Of a stretch of DNA of 64,000 bases, positions 24,960-37,131 are shown in pieces. The DNA lies in assembly GCF_963921235.1 (NCBI RefSeq), contig NC_086109.1, positions 17,920,001 through 17,984,000 on the forward strand, read 5' to 3'. This DNA comes from Mobula hypostoma (lineage: Eukaryota). Numbering within the stretch: position 1 is the stretch's first letter; the number at the start of each line of letters is the position of its first letter. Position numbers and translations under genes: made by a program. The notes below the pieces were generated by a model, which saw nothing but the letters and a program-made list of their open reading frames with translations, was not told the DNA's origin and ran no database searches.

Positions 24960-25057
24960 TGGCTTGCAGTCCTTGTCATAATTTTGGAGACAACTATCGG
25001 GCCTGCTATATTTGTCCAATGTTCAAATTTGGCAATGTACAACTGCAAACTCCATAA

Positions 25058-25259
25058 CAACATACATCAAAGTTGCTGGTGAACGCAGCAGGCCAGGCAG
25101 CATCTATAGGAAGAAGCGCAGTCGACGTTTCTGACGAAGGGTCTCGGCCTGAAACGTCGACTGCGCTTCTTCCTATAGATGCTGCCTGGCCTGCTGCGTT
25201 CACCAGCAACTTTGATGTATGTTGCTTGAATTTCCAGCATCTGCAGAATTCCTGTTGTT
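25058..25259. mobile_element. Penelope-like palindromic insertion
   Basis: Perfect 74-bp inverted repeat (25058-25131 / 25151-25224); exact 14-bp TSD TGCAAACTCCATAA (25044-25057, 25260-25273). Confidence 0.85.
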
Positions 25260-26821
25260 TGCAAACTCCATAAGCCCAGTCAATGGTCATTTCTGCATTG
25301 CAGTATCTAGTACTCCAGAGACTAGCAGGTAAAACTTTATTTTTGGATTTCAAAAGAAGATGGCAAGTTGCATTATGTCACATGAGAGCTATTATGCTGT
25401 TGTATCAAGGCATTTGCATTTTTTGATTCACCCTGTGTTATTATTTTACCGTGTCATTCCTACTGTAGAATTGTATGATCATGTGATTTACAGTGCTGTC
25501 TATTTTATTCATTTATAGATATGGGTGCTGCTTTCAAGGCCAACAGATATTGTTGCTCTCCATCGATTTTGAGAAGCTGATGCATTCTAGTCAAGAATAT
25601 GCTACCATAGTGTTACAACATTCTGATCCATTTATGAAAATGAATGTTTCAGGATGGCATTTGACTTCAAGGTAAACTTGCAGGTGGTGATATTTGCACT
25701 CCCCCGCTAACATTTTTTTCTTCAAGGTGGTAGACTTTGTAGGTTTGCAGAAGGTTGTATAAGGAGCCTATTTCACAGATTGCAGCAAAGATACTTCAAT
25801 TATAGATGGACTGAATGCTTAAGGTAGTAGTGTGATCACTTGAGTTGAGTACGATGTTCTCCTAAGGGATTGTCTATTGGTTGTAGAGGCCAATCCGGGA
25901 TCCACATATTCTGGTGCAGTGTGGGCAAGAGTAAGTGATGGTTGTGGTTAGTGTCTGGGTCTTTTGACTGTTCAGTTTCTCCTTTCACAGCTGCTGTTTG
26001 TTGTGATGTGTCATGATCTTCTACCAGCTCCACCGTTGAGGTCTTGGTTGGATCACACTTTGTCTAGAACCTTCCCCTACCAGGAAATAAGTGCCCGATG
26101 GCTGAACTCCAGACGGCATTGCTCTTGGGATTGCAAGTCTTTCCATCACGACAAGATTATGATCCTTGGGGAAGGTTTAAGGCAGTGATGATCAAGCAAT
26201 CTACAACTTTGTGCTTAATATATTGAGCTTCTCAAATTATGTTGGGGTGCCAATCATGGGGAATATTTCATCATGTCTATTGTGTATCTTGCAGAGGCTT
26301 TAGGATTTTTTTATGTGCACACTGTTTGTTTGTCCATCTTTGCTCATGTATCATTTTTCATAAATTCTAATGTATTTCTTTATTTTCCCCTGTAAAGTGA
26401 ATCTCAAGTTAGTGTATGGTAACATACTGTATACATACTTTGATTATAAATTTACTTTGAACTCAGAACTTTGAAATCAGGCAGTGTGACATCCATCACA
26501 GAATACCCAGTTTCTGATCTGCAGTTGTGGTTACAATTTATCCAGGTGATTGGCATAAATTTCTAGTCAAAAGTGAATGCAGGTTGATGGTGCATTTGAA
26601 GATGACAATGACCTTGAATGTCAATCGGAGGTGTTATGACCTTATTTTATTGCAAATTGATCACTGCCTGGCAATTACTTGCTGTGAATGTTCTTGACTA
26701 ATGTCCTTCCAAGTCCTAATGCTGTTTAGATTTTGTTGATTGTAAGCATTGACAGCTAATTTAGGAGGGGTTATGAGGAAAGCTGATTACAGTGCCTCAG
26801 TTAAAGTTGATTTTCTGATAG

Positions 26822-27549
26822 AAGACTGATTTATACTTGTGCATCAAATGTATGCCGTACGTACGGCGTAGCAGCGTAACCTACTCTGTACTCTACGCCA
26901 ACCCTACGCCGTAGCCTAATGCGCACCTCTCCCAAAATGTAACTATGCGTTGCGGCGTCGCAGACCGCAACAACTGTGATTGGTCCGCTTGGTAGCGTCG
27001 CATTTCCTCCTACGCTGCAATAGCTTCCCATTGGGTGAGTGAAGGGCAGGGAAGGAACTCTGGCTGCAATGCTTTCCATAAAGCTTTACAGACATCTGAA
27101 ATAATGGAGGACCCTGTGCTTGACGCCAGTTTGTAACTAGCAGCTACAGCCTGTTGACTTCCACCTGAAGCTAAAACTCGAATGGTGATTGCCAATCTCT
27201 GAGTATACTGTGCGTACACTGATGCGAAATAAATGGTTGGAGAGGATGAACCAAATTGTCAAATCTACCTGCCAACATCCGAAAATATTTGAAATGCATT
27301 TCCTTGTCCATGTCTCTCAGTGGCCGGATAGGCACTGAAAATTCACCCTCCTTCAGTTTCAGTCGCCATTGCTTCAACACGAAGAAACTCGATACAGTGG
27401 CATAGAAACCCCACCGCCAACTAGCATTTTGGTGGCAAATTGCAGAGCGACGCAGACACACCAACGCACAAGTATAAATGCTCACAACGGCGTAGCCGAC
27501 TTGTGTAGGCTACGGCGTAGGTGAGTACGCACGAGTATAAATCAGCCTT
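26822..27549 (-). mobile_element. Internally deleted PIF/Harbinger DNA transposon
   Basis: TIRs AAG(A/G)CTGATTTATACT(T/C)GTGC; 3-bp TAG duplication; minus-strand transposase N-terminal pieces GEFSV...HFKYFRM...FDNLV and [15 protein letters not shown]...[15 protein letters not shown]...WEAIA (HARBI1-like). Confidence 0.85.
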
Positions 27550-28250
27550 TAGAAAGGATGTGCTGAAACTGGAGAGGGTTCAGAGGAGGTTCACAAAAAT
27601 GATTCCAGGATTGAATCATTTGTCATATGATGAATGTTTGATGGCTCTGGGCCTATATTCACTAGAATTCAGAAGAATGAGGGGTGACCTAGTTGAAACC
27701 TATTGAATGGTGAAAGGCCTTGATAGAGTGAATGTAGAGAGGATGTTTCCTCTGGTGGGAGAGTCTAAGACCAGAGGATATAGCTTCAGAGTAAAGGGGC
27801 GTCCTTTTAGAATGGAAATGAGGAGGAATTTCTTTAGCCAGAGAGTGGTGAATCTGCAGAATTCATTGCCACAGGCAGCTGTGGAGGCCAAGTCATTATG
27901 TATATCTAAGGCAAAGATTGATAGATTCTTGATTGGTCAGGTCATAGAAACATAGAAAATAGGTGCAGGAGTAGGCCATTCGGCCCTTCGAGTCTGCACC
28001 ACCATTCAGCATGATCATGGCTGATCGTCCAACTCAGAACCCTGTACCTGCCTTCTCACCATACCCCCTGATCCCTTTAGCCACAAGGGCTATATCTAAC
28101 TCCCTCTTAAATACATGAAGGGATACGGGGAGAAGGCAGGAGATTGGGGCTGAGAGGAAAATTGGTTCAGCCATGATGAAATGGCAAAGCAGATTCGATG
28201 GGCCAAATGGCCTAACTCAGCTCCTATGTCTTATGATCTTATGGTCTTAG
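27550..28250 (+). mobile_element. CR1 LINE 3' end with a nested inverted CR1 3' fragment (about 27945-28113)
   Basis: RKDVLKLERVQRRFTKMIPGL...; FFSQRVVNL; the nested piece starts with the (CATAGAAA)n tail on the opposite strand. Confidence 0.85.
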
Positions 28251-28761
28251 GTCATTGATGATGTAGATACTGTCCTGTAACAATATATTGGGGCCTAGGT
28301 GATTGATACCTAACAACCTTACCAGCATTCACTGTGGAATTTTTCCCTTGATTTCCATTAACTTTGATTTTATTAAATCTCCTTGACGTCACATCCAGTT
28401 AAATTTTGCTTTAATGCTAAGGACAGACTCTTGTAGCTCAAAAGAACATAAGAAGCAGGAGCAGGAGTAGACCAGTCAGCTCTCAGGCCCACTCAGCCTT
28501 TCAATAACACTATGACTGATCTGATGTGGGCTTCATCAGCACTTCACTGCTCACTCCCCATACTCCTTGATTTTCTTGAAGTTCAAATGTCAATCAACCT
28601 CTGCCTTGAACATGCATAGTTCCCTAGGTTCCAAAGACTCACATGACTCTGAGAGAAGGAATTTCTCCTCATCTCTGTTTTAAGTAAGTGATCCATCGTT
28701 GTGAAACTATGCACATTACTTGCCCCGACTAAAGAAAACAACCTCTTTGCACCCACAATAT

Positions 28762-29270
28762 ACAATAGACAATAGACAATAGGTGCAGGAGTAGGCCATT
28801 CGGCCCTTCAAGCCAGCACCGCCATTCACTGTGATCACGGCTGATCATCCACAATCAGTATCCAGTTCCTGCCCTATCCCCATAACCCTTGATTCCGCTA
28901 TCTTTACAAGCTCTATCCATCTCTTTCTTGAAAGCATCCAGAGACTTGGCCTCCACTGCCTTCTGGGGCAGAGCATTCCGCATATCCACCACTCTCTGGG
29001 TGAAAAAGTTTTTCCTCAACTCTGTTCTAAATGGCCTACCCCTTATTCTTAAACTGTGGCCTCTGGTTCTGGACTCACCCATCAGCGGGAACATGCTTCC
29101 TGCCTCCAGCGTGTCCAATCCCTTAATAATCTTGTATGTTTCAATCAGATCCCCGCTTATCCTTCTAAATTCCAGTGTATACAAGCCCAGTCGCTCCAAT
29201 CTTTCAACATATGACAGTCCTGCCATCCCGGGAATTAACCTCGTGAACCTACGCTGCACTCCCGCAATAG
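28762..29270 (-). mobile_element. Young CR1 LINE 3' end (same subfamily as 23168-24480), nested in an older minus-strand CR1 (about 28443-29410)
   Basis: QRRFTRLIPGMAGLSYVERLERLGLYTLEFRR...; (CAATAGA)n tail. Confidence 0.9.
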
Positions 29271-30785
29271 TGGTCCCCTATTGGTCCCGTCAATATCTTA
29301 TGTGTCAATAAGGTCTCCTCTCATTCTTCTAAACTCCAATGAGAATAGGTCTAATCTGCTCAATCTATCTTCACATAACATATACTTAGTGAGTCCCCTC
29401 TGCACTAGTTTCAATAAAGAAATTTATTTCATAAACATTAAGGCCAAAATCTGCCTGTGTGGAGTTTGCATGCTCATTAATCAGCCATGATGGAATGGCG
29501 GAGCTGGCTCAATGGGCTGAATGATCTAATTCTACTCCTATGCCTGATGGTCTCTCCTTCTGACTGAGTGGACTTCCCTCCAGCGCTCGAGTGTCCTCCC
29601 ACTTCCCAAAAGCATGCAGATTGGGAGATATATTTGACTACTGTAAAGTGCCGCTGGTATCTAGATGAGTGGTAGAATCCGGGAGAGTCGAAGAGAGTGT
29701 GTGGAGAATAAAAAAATAGTATTAATGTAGGATTAGTGTCAAATGGGCGTTTGGTAACCAGCATGAACATAGTGTGCCGAAGGGCCTACTTCTGTAATGT
29801 ATCTCTCAATGACTCTATGAAAATTACACAATGGTCTCACCAGTCCTTTGTAAAGTTGCAAAAAGACTTCCCTACATTTATACTATGCAATAAAGACTAA
29901 TATTGTATATGTTGTCCTAATTACTTGCTGAATCTTTCTGCCAACTTTTTATGTTTTATAATATTGAGACATCCCTGATATTTATTTACCAGATGTTAAT
30001 TATGAATATTGGAAGTGGACTTGGTTTGTTATTGTCACAGGTAGTACAATACAGTGAAAAGCTTGTCTTGCATATTGTTCATATGGATCATATTACTATG
30101 CTGTGCATCGAGGCAGAGCAAGGTAAAACAATAACAGAACACGGAATGAAATGTAACAGCTGCAGAGAAAGTGCAGTGCAGGTAAATAATAAGATGCAAG
30201 CTCATAATAAGGTAGATTGTGAGGTCAAGAGTCCAACTGGTTGTGCAAAGGAACTGTTTAATAGTGGGTAGAAGCTGTAATTGAAACTGTCCTTTGAAGC
30301 CCCAACATTGTTCTCAGTGATACCCACATGTTATTGATCTGAAAATTACCTTTTTATTCTGACACCCTGATTCTTTGAGTTAACTGTCCAGAATCCAACT
30401 CTTCTGTTCTTTATTGGACCAAGATTGTAATGTGATCTGGAGCCAAGTGGTTCTGGCAAAACTTCAAAGAGAGAAACAGTGAGTAGGTATAAAAACTCAC
30501 TCAGCAGGTCATTAGTGTAGGGAGGAACAGATTCAACATTTCATTAGAATTGCTCTGATGTAAAACACTTGACACAACTGTTTCGCTCACCGTGGATGCT
30601 ATTCACCTGATGAGTAAGATCATAAGACCATAAGACATAGGAGCACATTTAGGCCATTTGACCCATTGAGTTTGTTCTACTCTTTGATCATGGCTCATTA
30701 ATCTTCCTGTCAACCCCATTCTCCTGCTTTCCCCTGTAACCTTTGCTCCCTGCTAATCAAGAACCAATCAAATCCGCTTTAAATA

Positions 30786-31375
30786 TTAGATTAGATTAGA
30801 TTCAACTTTATTGTCATTGTGCCGAGTACAGGTACAAAGCCAATGAAATGCAGTTAGCATCTGACCAGAAATGCAAAGAATAGTGTTATTTACAAAATAA
30901 CTGCAATAAAAAATAAGTGCTACAGCCCACAAATATAAAAGTACTGAGACAGTACAATATGGGTGCAATACTGCTTAGTGCTGTGATGTGAGGTTCAGCA
31001 AGGTCACAGCCTCAGGGAAGAAGCTGTTCCTGTGCCTGCTGGTGCGGGAGTGGAGGCTCCTGTAACGCCTACCGGATGGGAGAAGAGTAAAAAGTCCATG
31101 GTTAGGGTGAGATGCACCCTTGATAATGCTTTTCGCCCTGCCCAGGCAGCGTTTATGGTAGATGTTCTCAATGGTGGGCAATTAGGTGCCAATAATCCGC
31201 TGGGCAGTTTTCACCACACGCTGGAGTGCTTTGCGGTCCGATACAGGACAATTGCCATACCACACTGAGATGCAGTTGGTGAGTATGCTCTCAATGGTAC
31301 AGCGGTAAAAGTCTGTCAATATCCTGGGACAGAGGTGAGCTTTCTTGATGCTCCACAGGAAATAAAGGCGCTGTT
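30786..31375 (-). mobile_element. Rex1/Babar-type LINE 3' end nested in a CR1 3' UTR
   Basis: ASHPNHGLFTLLPSGRRYRSLHSRTSRHRNSFFPEAVTLLN; (ATCTA)n tail. Confidence 0.85.
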
Positions 31376-31879
31376 ATACCCAATGACTCGGCCACAAAAT
31401 AATTCTAGAATTTTTGATATTTATGTCAGATTTATTTTATGCTTTTCAGTGAACAAGCAGCTCACCAGTGAGTAAGCACTGCTTGATAGTACTGTCACCA
31501 ACCCCTTCCATCACTCGTAGTGATTGAGAGTAGGCTGATGAGTGGTAGTTGATTGGAGTGTATTTGTCCAGCTTTTTCTGGATGGATCATCTTTGAGGAT
31601 TTGTTGCTTTGTCAGGCAGTACCGTTGTGGAAGCTGTACTGGAACAGCTTGGTGAGCAGCTAATTCTGGAGTACAAGTCTTCAGCAGTATGGTCATCAGA
31701 TTCCTTGCCCTTCATGATATCCAGTGCATCCATATGTTTTTCTTTTAAATATCACCCGAGACGGAGAGAAATCCCTTCTTTCAGAGTGATGTGAGTCCTT
31801 GGAATCATCTATCCCAGAGATTTGGCACATTCAAGACAGAGATTGATAAGACATTTGAACTACAAATGTCTATCGGTGT

Positions 31880-32560
31880 AGTCTGGGAATACAGATCCAT
31901 AATTCCTTGAAGATGGCATCATAGGTAGATAGGGCTGTAAAAAGAGCTTCTGGCATATTGACCTTCATAAATCAAAGTTTTGAGTACAGGAGTTGGGTAT
32001 GTTATGTTGAAGTCGTATAAGACATTGGTGAGGATTAATTTGGAGTATTATGTGCAGTTCTCACCTATTTACAGGAAATATATCAAAAGGTTTAGAAGAG
32101 TGCAGAGGAAACTTACGAGACTTGAGGCCTTGAGTCATAGGGAAAGGTTGAATAGGTTCAGATTTTATTCTCTAGAGCGTAGCAGAATGAGGGGAGATTT
32201 GATTGAGGTATACATAATTGCAAGTGGTATAGATAGGGTAAATGTAAACAGGCTTTTTCCACTGAGGTTGGATGAGACTAAAACTAGAAGTCAAGGGTTA
32301 AGTATGAAAGGTAAAATGTTTAAGGGGAACTTCTTCACTCAGAGCGTGGTAAGAGTGTGGAACGAGCTGCCAGCAGAAGTGGTGGATGCAAGTTTCATTT
32401 CAAAATTTAAGAGAAATTTGGATAGGTACATGGATGGGAGGGGTATGGGGCACTGTGTGGTCCAGGCACAGGTTGATGAGACTAGGATGAATAATAGTAC
32501 AGCATGGACTAGATGGGCTGAAGGACCTGTTTCTATGCTAGTGTTCTATGACCCTATAAT
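31880..32560 (+). mobile_element. CR1 LINE 3' part
   Basis: YKTLVRINLEYYVQFSP...RMRGDLIEVY...FFTQSVVRVWNELP. Confidence 0.85.
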
Positions 32561-33685
32561 TCTACAAGGAAGTTAAGGAGTATGGGGAGTGAACAGTAAT
32601 TAGATCAGTCACTGTGTTACAAAATGGCAGAGTAGACTCGAGAGCTGAATGCCCTCCTTCTACTCCTGCTTGTGTTTTTTAATTTAACACACACAAAATG
32701 CTGGAGGAACTCAGCAGGTCAGGCAGCATCTATGCAAAGGAGTAAACAGCCGACGTTTCGGGCCAAGACCCTTCATCAGGGTACAATCTTTAATCTAACT
32801 GGCTGAAGGCTGACTTTTCTGGTGGTGGGAAGGAGGGGGCCGAATTGAATCGTCACTCAGTATTTCTGTCTGGTGATGGCTGTAGGACCCTCAGCCTTTC
32901 TCCTGTGCTGCTGCATCGCTGACAACAAGGATGTTCCTCATGAGCTTCCTCATCCTTTTAGCTCTTTAACCTTTTGTTAACATTCATGGAGGAAGGTGGC
33001 AGGGTGTCAAATGCTGCTTCTGCACATCACATTGAAGCAGCTTTAGCCCCTTGGCTTAATGGCGTTGAAGCGATGAAGGATAAGCTAGGCAAAGTGGTTA
33101 TAGATTTTGATGGAGCACAATTCTAGTGCTGCCATTGACGCCCAGGTTTTGAGTTGCTAGGTTTATTCTCAGTGTACCCTTTTAGCACAGTGTTGGGAGC
33201 ACCACACACCATGTAATCTTATTATATCATGTGATTCATACTGCAGTCCTGTTGGACCATGTGATTCATACTGCAGTCCCATTGTATCCTTGATTTCTAC
33301 TAGAGTGGGGTTTTACCCTGCATCACTGTAGTGCCATTGTCTGATTATGACTCATGCTTCAATTATATAAACTGATATGTAAAGTTGTGGAATGACTCAA
33401 TGTCCAGTGAGGTTCCATCTCACAGCAAGTGTATTATCAAGCCAATATTCTAGTGAAAATAAACTTATGTATGCAGAATACAGAATACATTCCAGCTGTC
33501 TAGTAATTATCAGCCTCGGGTTATAGCTGACAATCAAAGCACTTAAGCTTTGCTGTTGGAGTTTATGAATATTACCTGCAGCCTTTATATTGAACTGATG
33601 TTTTGTGATGTACTGTCAGTGGTTATCCCCTAGTCATTTGGCAGAATGAACCAGACAAAATATAGCACGAAATATTGTGTGTATA

Positions 33686-33899
33686 GAAGAAGAAAGCCCT
33701 GATCTCCGAGTGGAGTCATCGGGACGCCGTCATGGCGGCGTTTTTTTTTAGCAGGCTTTCTTATTTTTACGAGGCTGAGTTGCTAGCACGACGCTCAACC
33801 CAGCACGGATGGAAAGCGTGCAAGGGAGCCGGCTGGATTTGAACTCGGGAGCCTTCGCTCCAAAGTCCGGCGCTGATGCCACTACACCACCAGCCGGCA
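33686..33899 (-). mobile_element. Young tRNA-derived SINE with (TTC)n tail
   Basis: Minus strand has A box TGGTGTAGTGG and B box GAGTTCAAATCC; CpGs intact; 12-bp TSD ATTGTGTGTATA (33674-33685, 33900-33911). Confidence 0.85.
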
Positions 33900-34745
33900 A
33901 TTGTGTGTATATTGGCCCTTTAATGATTTATTTGATAATAGTTGATACGTGTTAAACAGGATTGAATTTTTACCAATATTTATGTTATTTATTGGAATAA
34001 AGGTTCAAAGGTTCATTTTAATATCAGAGAACGTATACAGTATACAACATGAAATTCTTATTCTTCACAGACATCCACAAAACAAGAAACCCTATAGAAT
34101 GAATAATAGAAATGTCAAAGCCCCAGAGGCCCCCTCCTCCTCCTTCGCACAAGCAGCAGCAGGAGCATTGATCCTCCCCCTCACCCTCCCCCCACTTCCA
34201 CCAGCAGAAGCACTGACCCCCACCCCACCCCTCCACCATGCCAGCAACAGCAAAGCCCCCTCAAAGAGACCTGGATCCAGAGTCCATCAAAACTACAGTC
34301 CATAACCCAGCTCCTCGGTATCTTAGACAGGCTCTATAACAAGGATATAAAGATTATGTTAACTAGATTAGCTTACCAAATAAGGAGACGGATCTCCATG
34401 TCTGATAGTAGATCGCAGAGCAGAGTTATTGGAAATTCATTGCACAGGCAGCTTGCAGTTCCTTGCATGTAATTTACACCCCTTGGCACTACTTGCCCTT
34501 TGTCCAGTTGACCTCATTTAGCCTTCTTTATCTTCTCCTCCAGAACCTGAATCACTCCTTGTGTTGTTGCATCTGCACTCTTGGAAGTATCCACTGTGGC
34601 AACACTGAATATTGAGTTTGAAATTCAGGCTCCATGACCAAGTGATCTCTGTCCATAATCGCCTGTCAATATTATTGTTGACCAGGAAATAGTGCACCGC
34701 ACGGTTCGTTTTCCCATCTGTACATAATCACGAAGTAAAACATTG

Positions 34746-35036
34746 CATAGCGGTTAGCTACAGCGTGATGCTATTACAGCTTGGGATGTTGGAGTTTGGA
34801 ATTAAATTCTGGTGTCTTCTGTGAGGAAGTTGTATGTCCTTCCTGTGAACCGCATGGGTTGTGTCCTGAGGCTCCAGTTTCCACCCACAGTCCAAAGGTA
34901 TACCGGTTAGTAGGTTAATTGGCATTGTAAATTGTTCTGTTATTAGGCTAGGGTTAAAATCAACGGGTTGCTGGGTGGCGTGCCGTGGTGGACTGGAAGG
35001 GCCTGTTCCGTGCTGTATCTCAAAATAAAATAAATA
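34746..35036 (+). mobile_element. V-SINE (HE1-like), degenerate
   Basis: Homologous to 10717-11006. Confidence 0.75.
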
Positions 35037-35047
35037 GTTTTCCTACG

Positions 35048-35390
35048 CAACACACACAAAATGCGGGAGGAACTCAGCAGGTCAGGCTGCATCTATGGAA
35101 ATGAATGAACAGTGGACATTTCAGGCTGAGACCCTTCATCAGGACTGAAGTGGAAGGGAGAAGACGCCAGAATAAAAAGATGGGAGGGGGGTAGGAGGAC
35201 AAACTAGAAGGTGATAGGTGAAGCCAAGTGGGTGGGAAAGGTAATGGGCTGGAGAAGAAAGAACCTGATAGGAGATGAGAGTGGACCGTAGGGGCAAAAG
35301 GAGGAGGAGGAGACCCAGGGAAGTGATAGGTAGGTGAGAAGAGGTAAAAGACCAGTGGGAATAGAAGATGAAGGGAGGGGAGGGAAAAAT
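35048..35390 (-). mobile_element. Penelope-like terminal repeat with degenerate hammerhead motif (35110-35148)
   Basis: Minus strand: TCAGTC-CTGATGA-A-GGGTCTCAGCCT-GAAATGTC-CACTG. Confidence 0.7.
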
Positions 35391-36249
35391 AACTTTCCCG
35401 TGTTATCTTAACATGTAACTCAAATTGCAGTGTTATTGGACCTCACGTCAAGCTTCCTTCTAAGTAACACAATATCCTGACTTGGACACAGATGGGTGTG
35501 TATTGTTGCTGAGTCAAAATCCTGGCATTCCTGGCCTTATGAAACTGCGTACATGTTTTCAGCACAAGGGCTACAGTGGAATGCTTACCACATTCATAAT
35601 AAAAACAATTTTTTTTCCCTCTGTGATCCCTCAAGACTAAGTAGATAAACAAATCAGACACCAGAGGTTTGTATTACCACAAATAATCCTTCTGCAAGCC
35701 CTAGCTTTTTGCCAAGAATTCACCATTAGAATAAATGGTCCTCAGTTAATTGGTAAAGATTGCCCTATCTCCTGTCCAGTTTGTTTGGTTGGTCAAGTCA
35801 ACCAACACTTCCAAATCTTACAGGAACAACTTCGTCATCCAGTTATGGGACTAACTTGATTCTACGATTTGGCTCCAGGCTCTGACACTCTCTCCCAAGG
35901 CTACCCACTCTGCAAGTGGCAGTCTCTAGTTCTACAATATTGCTTCTTTTGGCTCTTGCCTCATAGTGACTGATATTCAGATCCATTCCTATGCTGCCTT
36001 TTACTTCAATTCTTCTAACATCTCCCTTGCCTGCAGCTTCAGTTGCAATGTAAATAATCTCAATCTCCTTCAAAACCATAGCATCTGCTGCTCATCAGTG
36101 ACCATGAGGTAAGTTCTGCTCCTCCCCCCCTTAACATGACTTCACCCTATATCTGCAGCCACATGAAGCTCTACATGCTACTATTGCCCAATATTTTCAG
36201 TCTGAGCGGCAGTTTTAATCTTCTTCCTTTGTTCCCATCCTTAGAGGCC

Positions 36250-36742
36250 GTGACAAGAGTCCTTGACAAGGATGGTTTGGACTCAAATGCTGGATATCTG
36301 AGGGTAGGATCGAGACACGGTATCAAATTGGATCGAGAACTGAGCACAAAACAAATGCCAGACGATATCACTAGTCGGGCTTACGACTGAGCACCACACC
36401 TCAGTTCAGGTGCTCTTTAAATACTCAATCCTTGGCACCCAAAGCATGATTGCCAATTAACAGGATGGCCCTGAATCTTTAAAGGGACCATGACAGCTAT
36501 CCATATTCCGGAGAGTTAGAGCGTCTAAAACCCGGAAGCTGATGTAGTTGGGTGCGTGTTGTAACAAGACCCCCTCTCCTCTGGCCGACTCCTGATGGCC
36601 TTGGGGGCTTGGAGGGGCAATGATTGTAATCATGGATGAGAGCCAGATCCAAGATGTCCCATTCGGGATCCCAGCACTGTTCCTTGTGTCCTAATCCTTC
36701 CCAGTCAACGAGGAACTGCCGAACATCCCAGTAATCATTCAA
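36250..36742 (-). mobile_element. Chromoviral Ty3/Gypsy 3' end: chromodomain remnant, PPT and LTR
   Basis: QFLVDWEGLGHKEQCWDPEWDILDLALIHDY (integrase chromodomain), purine tract AGAGGAGAGGGGG, then TGT at 36565; distal LTR end approximate. Confidence 0.7.
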
Positions 36743-36776
36743 ATGGAACTTTGATGCACTTCTTATGAAGTTAGAA

Positions 36777-36849
36777 CAGGGGTTCCGAACTTATTTTATG
36801 CCACAGACCAATACCAAGGAGTCTGTGGACCCCAGGCTGGGAACCCCTG
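36777..36849. mobile_element. hAT/Charlie-type MITE
   Basis: TIRs CAGGGGTTCCgAAC ... GcTGGGAACCCCTG; no clear 8-bp TSD. Confidence 0.6.
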
Positions 36850-37131
36850 CTCGAGAGACTATAAAGTCAGTGAAATCGATGACACTAAATTGATAGTATC
36901 AATTACACAGTACTTGATATTTAATTCATGTAACATCTGTGCATATAGGAGATGGCTAAGATGGTGCTGTTCATTATCTGGCACTACTTGACATAGATTT
37001 ATATCCTCAGATGTGATCTCAGCAAAGTCTATTAATTTGCAGCTAGACATGTTTACTCGTGGTGTCCAACCCCATTGTAATAACTGCCAACATACCACTA
37101 GCCCAACTTTTTGCTTATTGCAGATTAGATC

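Noticed and set aside
25006..25353. Mirror-image ORFs on both strands
   Set aside because: Artefact of the perfect inverted repeat in a Penelope-like insertion.
23304..29311. Long antisense ORFs (23304-23570, 23790-24362, 28889-29311)
   Set aside because: Shadow frames of CR1 ORF2.
33228..33279. Direct repeat CATGTGATTCATACTGCAGTCC x2 (CRISPR-like look)
   Set aside because: Only two units with 30-bp period in eukaryotic DNA; a simple local duplication.
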